From the NCBI GenBank assembly GCA_944383405.1, contig CALWPL010000002.1:2990-66989 (forward strand): a DNA stretch of 64,000 nucleotides, read 5' to 3'. This stretch comes from an uncultured Clostridia bacterium. GTDB lineage: Bacteria; Bacillota; Clostridia; Christensenellales; UBA1242. Both the position numbers and the translations under genes were made by a program. The notes below the pieces were generated by a model, which did not search any database, was not told the DNA's origin, and worked only from the letters and a program-made list of their open reading frames with translations. Numbering within the stretch: the first letter of the stretch is position 1; every line of letters starts with the position of its first letter. Positions 55,348 through 64,000 of this stretch are shown here, piece after piece.

Positions 55348-57010
55348 ATGGAAGAAAAAGATAATTTATTATTAAGGGAAACAAAAAGTAGTATTCTATA
55401 CATAATTTTATTCTCCATTTGGATAATTCTTGTGAGTATATTATGGTACAAGTTAATTCAAGATATTTTGTATCCACCATTTAGGACAAGTATTATACCG
55501 AGCACATTTTTATTTGTTATTGCAAGGGTTTTGCTTATTTGTAATGGAGTATTTATTACTTATTTTTGGTTAAATGGCGTTAAGGATTTTATTTATGTTA
55601 TTTGGTATTTTTCTTTTAGGAGCAAAATGCTTAAATGGTACGAAGGAATTTTAAACAAAGATGTAAGTTCTGTGAGTGATAAAGTATTAATGGTTTACTG
55701 TACTTGCAATGATTTTGACGAAAATAGTTTAAAAAAGAGTATGATGCAGGACTATAAATTTGTTATAACTGTTATACTAGATGATAGTAACGATGAGGCG
55801 TATAAAAGAAGAATTAATAGTTTTGCAAGAAAAAACAAGGTAAAGGTTGTTAGACGAGAAAAAAGGGAGGGATTTAAGGCTGGAAATATAAACAATTATC
55901 TACTAAGTGATAAATGCATAAAAGATGGAGATTTTGATTATGTTGTAATCTTAGATTATGACGAGATAATACCAAGAAATTTTATAACTGAATGTTTAAA
56001 GTATTTTTACTCTTGCAAAGATGTAGGAATTGTGCAGGCGAGTCATGTTTCAACAAGAAATAGAAATTTTTTTATGAAGTTATTTCACATAGGAGTTAAT
56101 TCTCATTGGCAGACATATCAGACGATGAAACATTTTTATGGATTTTCAACAATGCTTGGACATGGGGCAATGATAAAAAAGGAGTGTTATTTAGATAGCA
56201 ACGGGTTCTCAAGTCTTGTTGCAGAAGACTTATGTATTAGCATTGAAGCAAGAAACAAGGGGGTGGTTTGTTGCGTATGCTCCTAATATAGTTTGTCAAG
56301 AAGAATATCCAATAGATTACTTAGCATTTAAAAAAAGGCACTCAAAATGGACGCAAGGGAATCTTGAATTTATAAAAAGATATACGGGAAAGATTGCTAG
56401 TTCAAACATGAATTGGTATGAAAAATGCGATATTGTTCTATTTACATATAATCTCCCATTAACTGCTATGTTTGTCTTTTATATTTTTCTAAATCTTGTC
56501 ATTATGCCGTATGTTGGACTAGAACTTAGCAGTGTATTTGAAATGTGGATGCTTATACCAACAATAATATTTTTCTTTTCGCCTATGTTAAATGATGTAT
56601 TTTTCTGGTTGTTTAGAATAAATATTTTTAGGTTTCTATTATACTTTTTCATGGTCATCATTCTTTATGGTTCGATGTTAACGACTTCACTACTTAGTGC
56701 TTTACTTGGAATGTTTGGTAAAAAGGCAGTTTTTATTGTAACTCCAAAAACTTCTAAAAAAATAAGTTTTAAATATGCTTTAAAAAGTCAGATTCCAGAG
56801 TTTATATTTTCAACAATATTGTTATTGCTTGCATTTTTGATTCAGGGAACAGTTTTGCCAATTATTTTAATAGTACTGACAGGGTATTTGTCATTTATTT
56901 TACTTTTCTTTTCAAATTTGCAGTATGACAAAAGAAAGACAAAAGAAATTGATAAAGAGACATTTTTAGCAACTTTAAGTCAAAACATAATTTATATTAT
57001 AGGAAGTTAA
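55348..57010 (+). pseudogene. Membrane GT2 processive glycan synthase (OpgH/cellulose-synthase-like) interrupted by a +1 frameshift in a G5 run
   Basis: ORFs 55348-56286 (frame 1) and 56216-57010 (frame 2). Removing one G from ggggg (56259-56263) gives continuous ...LVAEDLCISIEARNKGWFVAYAPNIVCQEEYPIDYLAFKKRHSKWTQGNLEF.... GT2 motifs VILDDSND, VILDYDE, AED and (R)xxKWxxGNL, with N- and C-terminal TM bundles. Confidence 0.75.
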
Positions 57011-57267
57011 GGTAAAAAGATAAGTTTACTTATATTTTTACTTAACGACGACCAATCAAAATTTTGTGCCAAAAGTGTAAACTTTTGAATTAAAATTTTG
57101 CTTAATTAAATTTTAATAGTTGTGATTTTGTTTTACAAAATTACAACAGCACATAATTTATAGTAAGCCAAAAGAAATCAAAATTAATAAAAAGGTAAAA
57201 TTAAAAAACGAGAGTGTTGCATAAAAAGGAAAAAAAGAAAGAGAATAAAAAGGAAAGGAGAAAGTTT

Positions 57268-57777
57268 ATGAGAAGTGCAATGGTAAGAAAGGTGGATGAA
57301 CTTGGGAGAGTTGTCATTCCAAAAGAAATGAGAAGAGTTTTAAATATCAAGTCGGGAAGTTCTGTTGAACTTGATGTAAATGAAAATAACGAGATAGTAT
57401 TAAAGAAATTTTCTGAACTGAGTAATGCTGCTATATTCGCTGAAAAGTTAGCAAATGTTGTATATTCAACTTATAACATACCATGCTTGGTTAGTGATGA
57501 TGATAGAATACTATTTGCAAAAGGTGTGAATAGAAAAAATTATGAAGGAAAACAAATTGAATTTGAACTTGATAGTCAAAGGGGTTTTCATAGATTTAAA
57601 GGAAAATTGTTTCAGGGGCAAGATGAGAGATTTAATTATGTATACATATCAAAACTTGAAAGTAATGGTTTTGAATGTGGCTATCTTGTTTTGCTTTTGA
57701 GTGAAGATATTGACAAGCAAACGATGAAAAATATTGAGGTGTTATGCTCATTTGTGGGCGATTTATTGGAGATGTAA
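57268..57777 (+). CDS. spoVT: SpoVT/AbrB-family transcriptional regulator (AbrB-type N-domain + ~115-aa C-terminal domain)
   Basis: Start set after AGGAAAGGAGA. VRKVDELGRVVIPKEMRRVLNIKSGSSVELDVNENNEIVLKK is a SpoVT/AbrB swapped-hairpin domain. Length and a downstream MOP-flippase gene mirror spoVT-yabM of Bacillus. Confidence 0.65.
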   Translation: MRSAMVRKVDELGRVVIPKEMRRVLNIKSGSSVELDVNENNEIVLKKFSELSNAAIFAEKLANVVYSTYNIPCLVSDDDRILFAKGVNRKNYEGKQIEFELDSQRGFHRFKGKLFQGQDERFNYVYISKLESNGFECGYLVLLLSEDIDKQTMKNIEVLCSFVGDLLEM

Positions 57778-59366
57778 TGAAAAAACAATCGTTTGTTTTT
57801 GGGGCAGTGATTTTAAGTCTAAGCGGAATAGTTTGTAAGATTTTAGGGGCAATATACAAAATCCCGCTTGCAAATGTTCTTGGAACGCAGGGAATGGGGA
57901 TTTATTATTTAATTTTTCCAGTGTATGCGTTCTTGCTAACCTTTGTATCGTCGAGTTTCACTGTTTCAATTTCAAAGAGTGTTTCAGGAGAAATTGCTAA
58001 AAACGATAAGGAAGGGGCGTACAAAATATTTCGTGCGTCTCTTTTTCTTTTACTTCTTCTTGGTGGAAGTTTATGTTTAGTTTTATGTATTTTGTCAAAA
58101 GTCATTTCAAATTTACAAGGGCTTGACAGCGCTTATCTTTGCTATTTAGTTATTGCACCAGCAATTATTGCGGTTGCAGTGTCTAGTGCATATAAGGGAT
58201 ATTTTCAGGGACTTCAAAATATGGTTCCTTCTGCCATTTCGCAAGTTCTTGACCAAATTTTTAAACTTGCAAGCGGCTTTTTACTTGCAAGTTTCCTTAG
58301 TAAAAAAGGAGTTGTGTTTGGCACGCTTGGGGCGTTACTTGGTGTAAGTATTGCTGAAATTATTACAAGTCTATTTTTTGTTATTTACTTTTATATTTTT
58401 AAAAAAAGACATAAGAGTTATTTTGTTTTTAAAAAGGGAGAGAATAAAGAAAGAATTTTAAGCCTTATGAAAAAAATTTTTATACAGGCTCTTCCTTTTA
58501 TGTTGTCGTCTGTTATCCTTCCTATGTCCCTTGTAATAGATAGTTTTTTAATAATAAATATATTAAAATCTATGGGATTTGAAAAACTTTTCGCGACTGG
58601 TCTTTTGGGATTAAATTCTGGGATTGTTAATACTCTTGTTAATTTGCCGTCTACGCTATCATCTGCAATTTGTATGACTATTGTTCCTTATATAACATAT
58701 AGTTTATCTAAAAAGGACTATGAAAGCATATCGAACAAAACTTCACTTGCGTTGAAACTTACTATTCTTATAGCAATTCCTTGTTTTTTAATCTTTTCTT
58801 TCTTTTCGTCTTATATTGTTAAGGTTTTATATTCGGGTAGTTTTGGCAGTGTTTACGAGTACAATGTTGCAAGTAGTTTGCTTACTTTATCAAGTATAAA
58901 TGTTTTATATCTTGCACTTTTACAAATTACTACCTCATTATTACAGGCAATTAATAAGGCGTATATACCAGTGTGCAGTTTGTCTGTTTCACTTATTTTT
59001 AAAGTTGTATGCGAAGTAGTACTAATTAACATACCATATCTAAATATTGCAGGAGCTGTAATATCAAACTCAGTGTGCTATTTTATTTCAAGTGCGGTTA
59101 ATATTTACTTTTTTAGAAAGTATATTACAGTTAAATCTTCCTTTGTAAAGAGTTTCTTATCTCCTTTCTTATCTAGTTTAGTTTCTTGTCTAATAATATT
59201 TTTATCAATTAAAGTTCTTGAGAATTATGTGTCATATACAATGTGTGTGTTACTTTCCTTTGTAAGTGGTGGGATTGTGTATTTACTATTAATTTTTCTT
59301 TTCAAAACCTTTACAAAAGAAGAAACAAGTGCATTATTTAATTTTAGAAAAAAGCAAAAGACATAA
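57777..59366 (+). CDS. MOP-superfamily flippase (MurJ/SpoVB/YabM-like polysaccharide biosynthesis protein)
   Basis: TAATG overlap with the spoVT-like gene. 529 aa with about 14 hydrophobic segments. The N-terminus KQSFVFGAVILSLSGIVCKILGAIYKIPLANVLGTQGMGIY is typical. Confidence 0.75.
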   Translation: MKKQSFVFGAVILSLSGIVCKILGAIYKIPLANVLGTQGMGIYYLIFPVYAFLLTFVSSSFTVSISKSVSGEIAKNDKEGAYKIFRASLFLLLLLGGSLCLVLCILSKVISNLQGLDSAYLCYLVIAPAIIAVAVSSAYKGYFQGLQNMVPSAISQVLDQIFKLASGFLLASFLSKKGVVFGTLGALLGVSIAEIITSLFFVIYFYIFKKRHKSYFVFKKGENKERILSLMKKIFIQALPFMLSSVILPMSLVIDSFLIINILKSMGFEKLFATGLLGLNSGIVNTLVNLPSTLSSAICMTIVPYITYSLSKKDYESISNKTSLALKLTILIAIPCFLIFSFFSSYIVKVLYSGSFGSVYEYNVASSLLTLSSINVLYLALLQITTSLLQAINKAYIPVCSLSVSLIFKVVCEVVLINIPYLNIAGAVISNSVCYFISSAVNIYFFRKYITVKSSFVKSFLSPFLSSLVSCLIIFLSIKVLENYVSYTMCVLLSFVSGGIVYLLLIFLFKTFTKEETSALFNFRKKQKT

Positions 59367-59415
59367 ACATGTTTAATTTCTTGAAATATTTACAGAAATT
59401 TGATAAAATAATAAA

Positions 59416-60339
59416 ATGAAAATAGGAAATATTGATATAAAAAACAACTTAATCTTGGCTCCCATGGCAGGGATAAGTGATGTTTCGTTTAGAGAACTTT
59501 GTAAGTATTTTGGGGCGGGGCTTACTATAACTGAAATGGTAAGCGTAAAAGGGTTGTACTACAATAGTAAAAATACTTTAAAACTTCTAGAAACTTCAAA
59601 AAGTGAAGTGCCTTGTGCTGTTCAATTATTTGGGCATGAACCAAAAATTTTTGAAAGTGTAATTAAAAGCGGAGTACTTGATAAATTTGACATAATAGAC
59701 ATTAATATGGGGTGTCCAGCACCTAAAATTGTTAAAAATAAAGATGGAAGTTATTTACTTAAAGATTTGAAACTCGCACGAGAGATTATTGAGACTTGTG
59801 TTAGGGCAACAAATAAGCCTATTACAGTTAAATTTAGAAAAGGGTATTATGAGAATGACGACATTTTAATTGAATTTGCCAAAATGTGCGAGAGTGCGGG
59901 TGCTAGTTGCATTACAGTGCATCCTAGGACAAAAGAGCAGGGGTATAGTGGTAAAATAGACATATTTGATATAAAAAAAGTTAAAGACGCAGTTAGTATT
60001 CCTGTAATTGGGAATGGAGATGTTGTTGACAAAGAAAGTTTTAAAAATATGCTTATCTCAAACTGTGATGGGGTTATGATAGGAAGGGGAGCGGTAGGCA
60101 ATCCAGAAATATTTTCAATTCTACAAGATAAAAAAGTCGACATGAGTAAAAAAGATATTGCAAAATTACATATAAGCATTTTAAAAAAATACTTTGAAGA
60201 AGATTATATTGTAAAGATATTTAAAAGGCATGCAATGAAGTATGTAGAAGCAAAAATTGGTGCTGTAGAAAAGAGAAAAAAGATTGCTCTTGCAAAAACC
60301 TTATTTGAAATAGAACAAATTTTATTTAGTGAAAATTAA
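59416..60339 (+). CDS. dusB: tRNA-dihydrouridine synthase
   Basis: LILAPMAGISDVSFR, IDINMGCPAPKI and ITVHPRT motifs. Confidence 0.88.
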   Translation: MKIGNIDIKNNLILAPMAGISDVSFRELCKYFGAGLTITEMVSVKGLYYNSKNTLKLLETSKSEVPCAVQLFGHEPKIFESVIKSGVLDKFDIIDINMGCPAPKIVKNKDGSYLLKDLKLAREIIETCVRATNKPITVKFRKGYYENDDILIEFAKMCESAGASCITVHPRTKEQGYSGKIDIFDIKKVKDAVSIPVIGNGDVVDKESFKNMLISNCDGVMIGRGAVGNPEIFSILQDKKVDMSKKDIAKLHISILKKYFEEDYIVKIFKRHAMKYVEAKIGAVEKRKKIALAKTLFEIEQILFSEN

Positions 60340-60408
60340 TTTTGTATATTTTTAAATTTACTACAAATAATACTTATAGAAAGAGATACAAGTTTTTTAA
60401 AGGAATTA

Positions 60409-60978
60409 ATGAAAGTTAAAAATCTTGTGTCTTTTTCTTTTTTTAACAAATTGGGGCTATTTTCATATTATGGTTTAATGAGTAAACAAAAAACACCACA
60501 AATATTAATTATCCCTTTTAGTAAGAATAGTCCACATTTTTTGACAAAAAAATTTTTTAAGTTGCTTTATAAATTAAAGAAAACTTCAATTAAGATTATA
60601 ATTTTTTGTTTTTATTTATATAATGGATACAGAAATCAATTAAACGCCCTACTAATTAAGGATAAAAAAATTAAGGACATATTTGGAGAAAGTTTTACAA
60701 GTAAGAGTTCGGAATTTAAATTAAATGAGAGTTCCTTTAAGGTACTATTTTACTATGATTTTTACTCTAAGAAGGTTGATTTAGAATACTTTGTTATTGG
60801 GCTTGATGATGATAAATTAGTTGATGATTTATCCTATCAAATTAACAAATTTAATGGTAGAGTGCTTTTTATTGGTAAAGATGGAGAAAGTTTTTGTACA
60901 TTTTATAATAAAAATAAAAAAAGTGATGAAAAACATGATAAATTTTATGTACAAATTGTTGATAAATTGCTAAAATAA
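60409..60978 (+). CDS. Hypothetical Lys-rich protein (189 aa)
   Basis: ORF only. No motif recognised and the start is uncertain. Confidence 0.35.
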   Translation: MKVKNLVSFSFFNKLGLFSYYGLMSKQKTPQILIIPFSKNSPHFLTKKFFKLLYKLKKTSIKIIIFCFYLYNGYRNQLNALLIKDKKIKDIFGESFTSKSSEFKLNESSFKVLFYYDFYSKKVDLEYFVIGLDDDKLVDDLSYQINKFNGRVLFIGKDGESFCTFYNKNKKSDEKHDKFYVQIVDKLLK

Positions 60979-61020
60979 ATTATAAATAAAAATAATAGAT
61001 AAAAATAAAAGAGGTTTTTT

Positions 61021-62214
61021 ATGAAAAGGACAATAAAAGATATTGATGTCGCTGGTAAAAGAGTGCTACTTAGACTTGATTTAAATGTGCCTATGAACAC
61101 TAAGACGGGGATTATTACTGACGACACAAGAATTATGGAAAGTTTATCAACGATAAACTATTTATGTGATAAGAAAGCAAAGGTTATTATTTGCTCACAT
61201 TTAGGGAGGCCTAATGGCGTAGTTGATGAAAAATACTCGCTTGCACCTGTTGCGGACAAGTTGGCAAGGCTGATTAAAAATAAGGTTATTTTTGCAACAG
61301 ACACTGTTGGAGAAGATGCAAAGAATAAGATTGCAAGCATGGAAGATGGAAATGTTGTTTTACTTGAGAATTTGCGTTTTGATAAAAGGGAAGAAGAAAA
61401 TGATGAAGGCTTTTGCAAGGAACTAGCAAGTCTTGCTGATATTTATGTCAATGACGCTTTTGGTACAGCGCATAGGAAGCATGCTTCAACTTATGGAGTT
61501 GCAAAACTTCTTCCAAATGCAATAGGTTTTCTCATTAATAAGGAACTAAAGGTTATTGGGAATATTTTATCAAATCCGGATAGACCGCTTGTTGCTGTGC
61601 TTGGTGGGGCTAAGATAAAAGACAAAATTCCTGTAATTGAAAATTTGCTTGATAAGGCGGATACTATTTTGATAGGCGGTGGGATGGCATATACTTTTAT
61701 TAAAGCAAAAGGTGGACAGGTTGGTAAATCTCTTGTTGATGAAGAAAAAATTGATATGGCTAGAAGTTTTTTAGAAAAGGCAAAGCACAGTCGTGCAGAA
61801 CTTGTTTTACCTATTGACAACATTTGTAATTTAGATATAGATAGTAAAGAAAAACCTAGAAAATTTCCGTCAGATAGTATAGATGAAAATTATATGGGGC
61901 TTGATATTGGACCAAAGACAGTGAAACTATTTAAAAAGTATATAAAGAAGGCAGGCACTGTTATTTGGAATGGACCAATGGGGGTTTTTGAAAATCCTAT
62001 TTATGCTAAGGGCACGAATAAAATTGCAAAGTATGTTGCAAAGACAAAAGCGTTTAGTTTTGTTGGCGGTGGAGATAGTGCTTCTGCGGTTGTTAAGTCA
62101 GGATATGGCAAGAGAATTGACCACTTGTCAACTGGCGGTGGGGCGAGTTTAAGTTTACTTGAAGGGAAGAGTCTCCCTGGGCTTGAAGTCATAAGTGATA
62201 TTGAAAATAATTAA
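61021..62214 (+). CDS. pgk: Phosphoglycerate kinase
   Basis: VLLRLDLNVP, SHLGRP, FGTAHR and STGGGASL motifs. 397 aa. Confidence 0.96.
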   Translation: MKRTIKDIDVAGKRVLLRLDLNVPMNTKTGIITDDTRIMESLSTINYLCDKKAKVIICSHLGRPNGVVDEKYSLAPVADKLARLIKNKVIFATDTVGEDAKNKIASMEDGNVVLLENLRFDKREEENDEGFCKELASLADIYVNDAFGTAHRKHASTYGVAKLLPNAIGFLINKELKVIGNILSNPDRPLVAVLGGAKIKDKIPVIENLLDKADTILIGGGMAYTFIKAKGGQVGKSLVDEEKIDMARSFLEKAKHSRAELVLPIDNICNLDIDSKEKPRKFPSDSIDENYMGLDIGPKTVKLFKKYIKKAGTVIWNGPMGVFENPIYAKGTNKIAKYVAKTKAFSFVGGGDSASAVVKSGYGKRIDHLSTGGGASLSLLEGKSLPGLEVISDIENN

Positions 62215-62245
62215 TATTTAGGAATGGGAGTAAATAGATTTTAAA

Positions 62246-63772
62246 ATGAATAAAAGACTTACTGCACTTATTATTATGGACGGATTTGGTATTCCAGAAG
62301 ATTTAAAAAGAAGTGGGATAGTAAAAGAAAATACAAATAATATTCAAGATTTACTTAACAAATTTCCAAACACCAAAATTCGTGCAAGTGAAGAATATGT
62401 AGGGCTTCCACATGGTCAAGCGGGCACAAGCGAAGTTGGGCATATGACCATAGGTAGTGGCAGGGTTAGTTATCAGCCACTTGTAAGAATTAATATGGAG
62501 ATTGAAAATAAAAACTTTTTCAAGAATGAAGAGTTAAATAAAGCAATAGATTATGCTAAGAACAACCACAAAAAATTGCACTTAATTGGTCTACCTAGTG
62601 ATGGGGGAATTCATTCTCATATTGACCATTTATATGCTTTGCTTGACCTATGCCATAAGAAAAAATTTTTTGATGTATATATTCATTTTATTGGAGATGG
62701 GAGAGATACAAATCCTAAGAGTATAAAGCACTATTTAAGTTTAGTTGACAATTATTCAAAACTCGTTAATGTTGGTAAAATAGCGAGTATTGTTGGTAGG
62801 TTTTACGCTTTGGATAGAGATAAAAACTGGGATAGGAATAAACTTGCCTATGATTTATGGGTAAGAGGAATTGGCGAAAAATTTAGCGATTACAACAAGG
62901 CAATTGATAATGCATATAAGAATAATCAGACTGATGAATTTATAAAGCCTATTGTTCTTGTTGATGAAAATCAAAAGCCAGTTGGTTTAATTGAAAAAGG
63001 AGATGCTGTTATTTCATATAATTTTAGGGCTGATAGAGAAAGGCAACTTGCATATGTTATGGCAGAAGATAATGACCTTGATTTTGTAGAGAAATTGGAC
63101 TTGTATTTTGTAACTATGACTGAATATGACGAGCACTTTAAAAAGGTTCATGTTGCCTACAAACAAGAAGAAATGAAGGATATTTTATCAGAAGTTTTAA
63201 GTAGGGAAGGCTTAAAACAAGTAAAGATAGCAGAAACTGAAAAGTATGCACATTTAACCTTTTTCTTTAATGCTGGAAGGCAAGATACATTTGAGAGAGA
63301 AGATAGAATACTTATAAACTCTGAAAAAATGGCGAGTTATGCAGGTTTTCCTGAGATGTCTGCAAGAGAAATTACGCAAAAAGCACTTGAAGTAATGGAT
63401 AAATATGACTTTATTGCAATAAATTTTGCAAATTGTGATATGGTTGGGCACTCGGGAGATAAGGAAGCAGCAAAAAAGGCGGTTAGTGTAGTAGATGAAT
63501 GTGTGAAAAAAGTTATTGATGCAGTTTTAGAAAGAAATGGGCAAGGGATCTTAACTGCTGACCATGGAAATGCTGACATAATGGAATATGAAGATGGGAC
63601 TCCAAACACTTCTCATACAACCGCTCTTGTGCCACTTGTTGTGTTTGGGGTAGGAGATAAAAAGTTAAGAGATGATGGAACTCTTGCTGATATTGCACCA
63701 ACACTGCTAAACATGATGGATATTAAAGTTCCAAAAGCAATGACAGGTAAAAATTTGATAATTGATAGGTAA
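62246..63772 (+). CDS. gpmI: 2,3-bisphosphoglycerate-independent phosphoglycerate mutase
   Basis: LIIMDGFG, SEVGH...GSGR, ANCDMVGHSG and TADHGN motifs. 508 aa. Confidence 0.95.
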   Translation: MNKRLTALIIMDGFGIPEDLKRSGIVKENTNNIQDLLNKFPNTKIRASEEYVGLPHGQAGTSEVGHMTIGSGRVSYQPLVRINMEIENKNFFKNEELNKAIDYAKNNHKKLHLIGLPSDGGIHSHIDHLYALLDLCHKKKFFDVYIHFIGDGRDTNPKSIKHYLSLVDNYSKLVNVGKIASIVGRFYALDRDKNWDRNKLAYDLWVRGIGEKFSDYNKAIDNAYKNNQTDEFIKPIVLVDENQKPVGLIEKGDAVISYNFRADRERQLAYVMAEDNDLDFVEKLDLYFVTMTEYDEHFKKVHVAYKQEEMKDILSEVLSREGLKQVKIAETEKYAHLTFFFNAGRQDTFEREDRILINSEKMASYAGFPEMSAREITQKALEVMDKYDFIAINFANCDMVGHSGDKEAAKKAVSVVDECVKKVIDAVLERNGQGILTADHGNADIMEYEDGTPNTSHTTALVPLVVFGVGDKKLRDDGTLADIAPTLLNMMDIKVPKAMTGKNLIIDR

Positions 63773-63799
63773 TCTTTTAAAAAGTAAAAGGAGAATATA

Positions 63800-64000
63800 A
63801 TGCCAAAAAAGTATGTTATAGCAAACTTTAAAATGAATAAAACTGATAGTGAGGTTGCTAAGTACATTGATGAATTTAAGCCGCTTATTGAAAAGTCTAG
63901 TTGCCAGATAGTTTTAAGTGTTCCTTATGTTTCAATAAAGACAGCAGTTGAAAAGGTTTCGGATAGCAATATAACTATTGCAGGACAAAATCTAAATGAA
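63800..64000 (+). CDS. tpiA: Triosephosphate isomerase, 3' end outside window
   Basis: GGAG RBS. Hand translation gives MPKKYVIANFKMNKTDSEVAKYIDEFKPL...IAGQNLNE (N(W/F)KMN signature). The frame is open to the window edge. Confidence 0.8.
   Translation, partial: MPKKYVIANFKMNKTDSEVAKYIDEFKPLIEKSSCQIVLSVPYVSIKTAVEKVSDSNITIAGQNLNE

Noticed and set aside
56251-56290. Programmed +1 ribosomal frameshift in the GT2 gene, considered because the SD-like AAGGGGG recalls prfB.
   Set aside because: There is no slippery codon followed by an in-frame stop at the shift site. The 0-frame continues for 8 more codons. A simple 1-nt indel in the G-run explains the data.
48063-57010. Calling the block after rplQ a mobile genetic element or genomic island.
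   Set aside because: I saw no integrase, transposase, recombinase, tRNA target, or flanking direct or inverted repeats. Only the synteny break and composition suggest accessory status.
1-64000. Search by eye for rRNA, tRNA, CRISPR arrays and known riboswitch cores (T-box, SAM, TPP, FMN).
   Set aside because: No G/C-rich cloverleaf-like or regularly spaced repeat-spacer patterns were seen. The intergenic regions are almost uniformly AT-rich. A covariance-model scan would be needed for certainty.

Overview
This is an AT-rich chromosome segment of Firmicutes type. G+C was not computed; by eye it is about one third or less. The genetic code is standard, since TGA is used as a stop at addB and adk. 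Nearly all genes lie on the + strand.

Core content:
- rplJ-rplL behind an attenuator-type leader, and rplI.
- addB-addA.
- A complete S10-spc-alpha ribosomal cluster (rpsJ to rplQ, about 32.0-48.0 kb), including secY-adk-map-infA-rpmJ and rpoA.
- A SpoVT-like regulator followed by a MOP flippase, then dusB.
- pgk-gpmI-tpiA, truncated at the 3' window edge.

Accessory content:
- Two BspA-type leucine-rich-repeat (LRR) surface proteins. One is cut by the 5' window edge. The other is 2147 aa and looks like three complete LRR proteins joined in one frame.
- An operon of three TasA/CalY-like secreted paralogs plus an unusually long SipW-type signal peptidase (5.6-9.3 kb).
- An 876-aa membrane protein with very large low-complexity domains.
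- A 1.37-kb ORF-free, extremely AT-rich spacer after rplQ. It is followed by an orphan 1474-aa membrane-anchored protein, a Sel1-like protein, an XRE regulator and a GT2 glycan synthase broken at a G5 run.

The observation I rate highest is a 48-residue N-terminal leader shared in identical register by two TasA-like proteins and the giant LRR protein 16 kb away. It suggests a common SipW-dependent export or assembly route.

Other points:
- A tight DnaA-box cluster and a G6 tract lie upstream of the giant LRR gene.
- No rRNA, tRNA, CRISPR array, transposase or integrase was recognised.
- All homology calls are by eye from motifs. No searches or computations were run.
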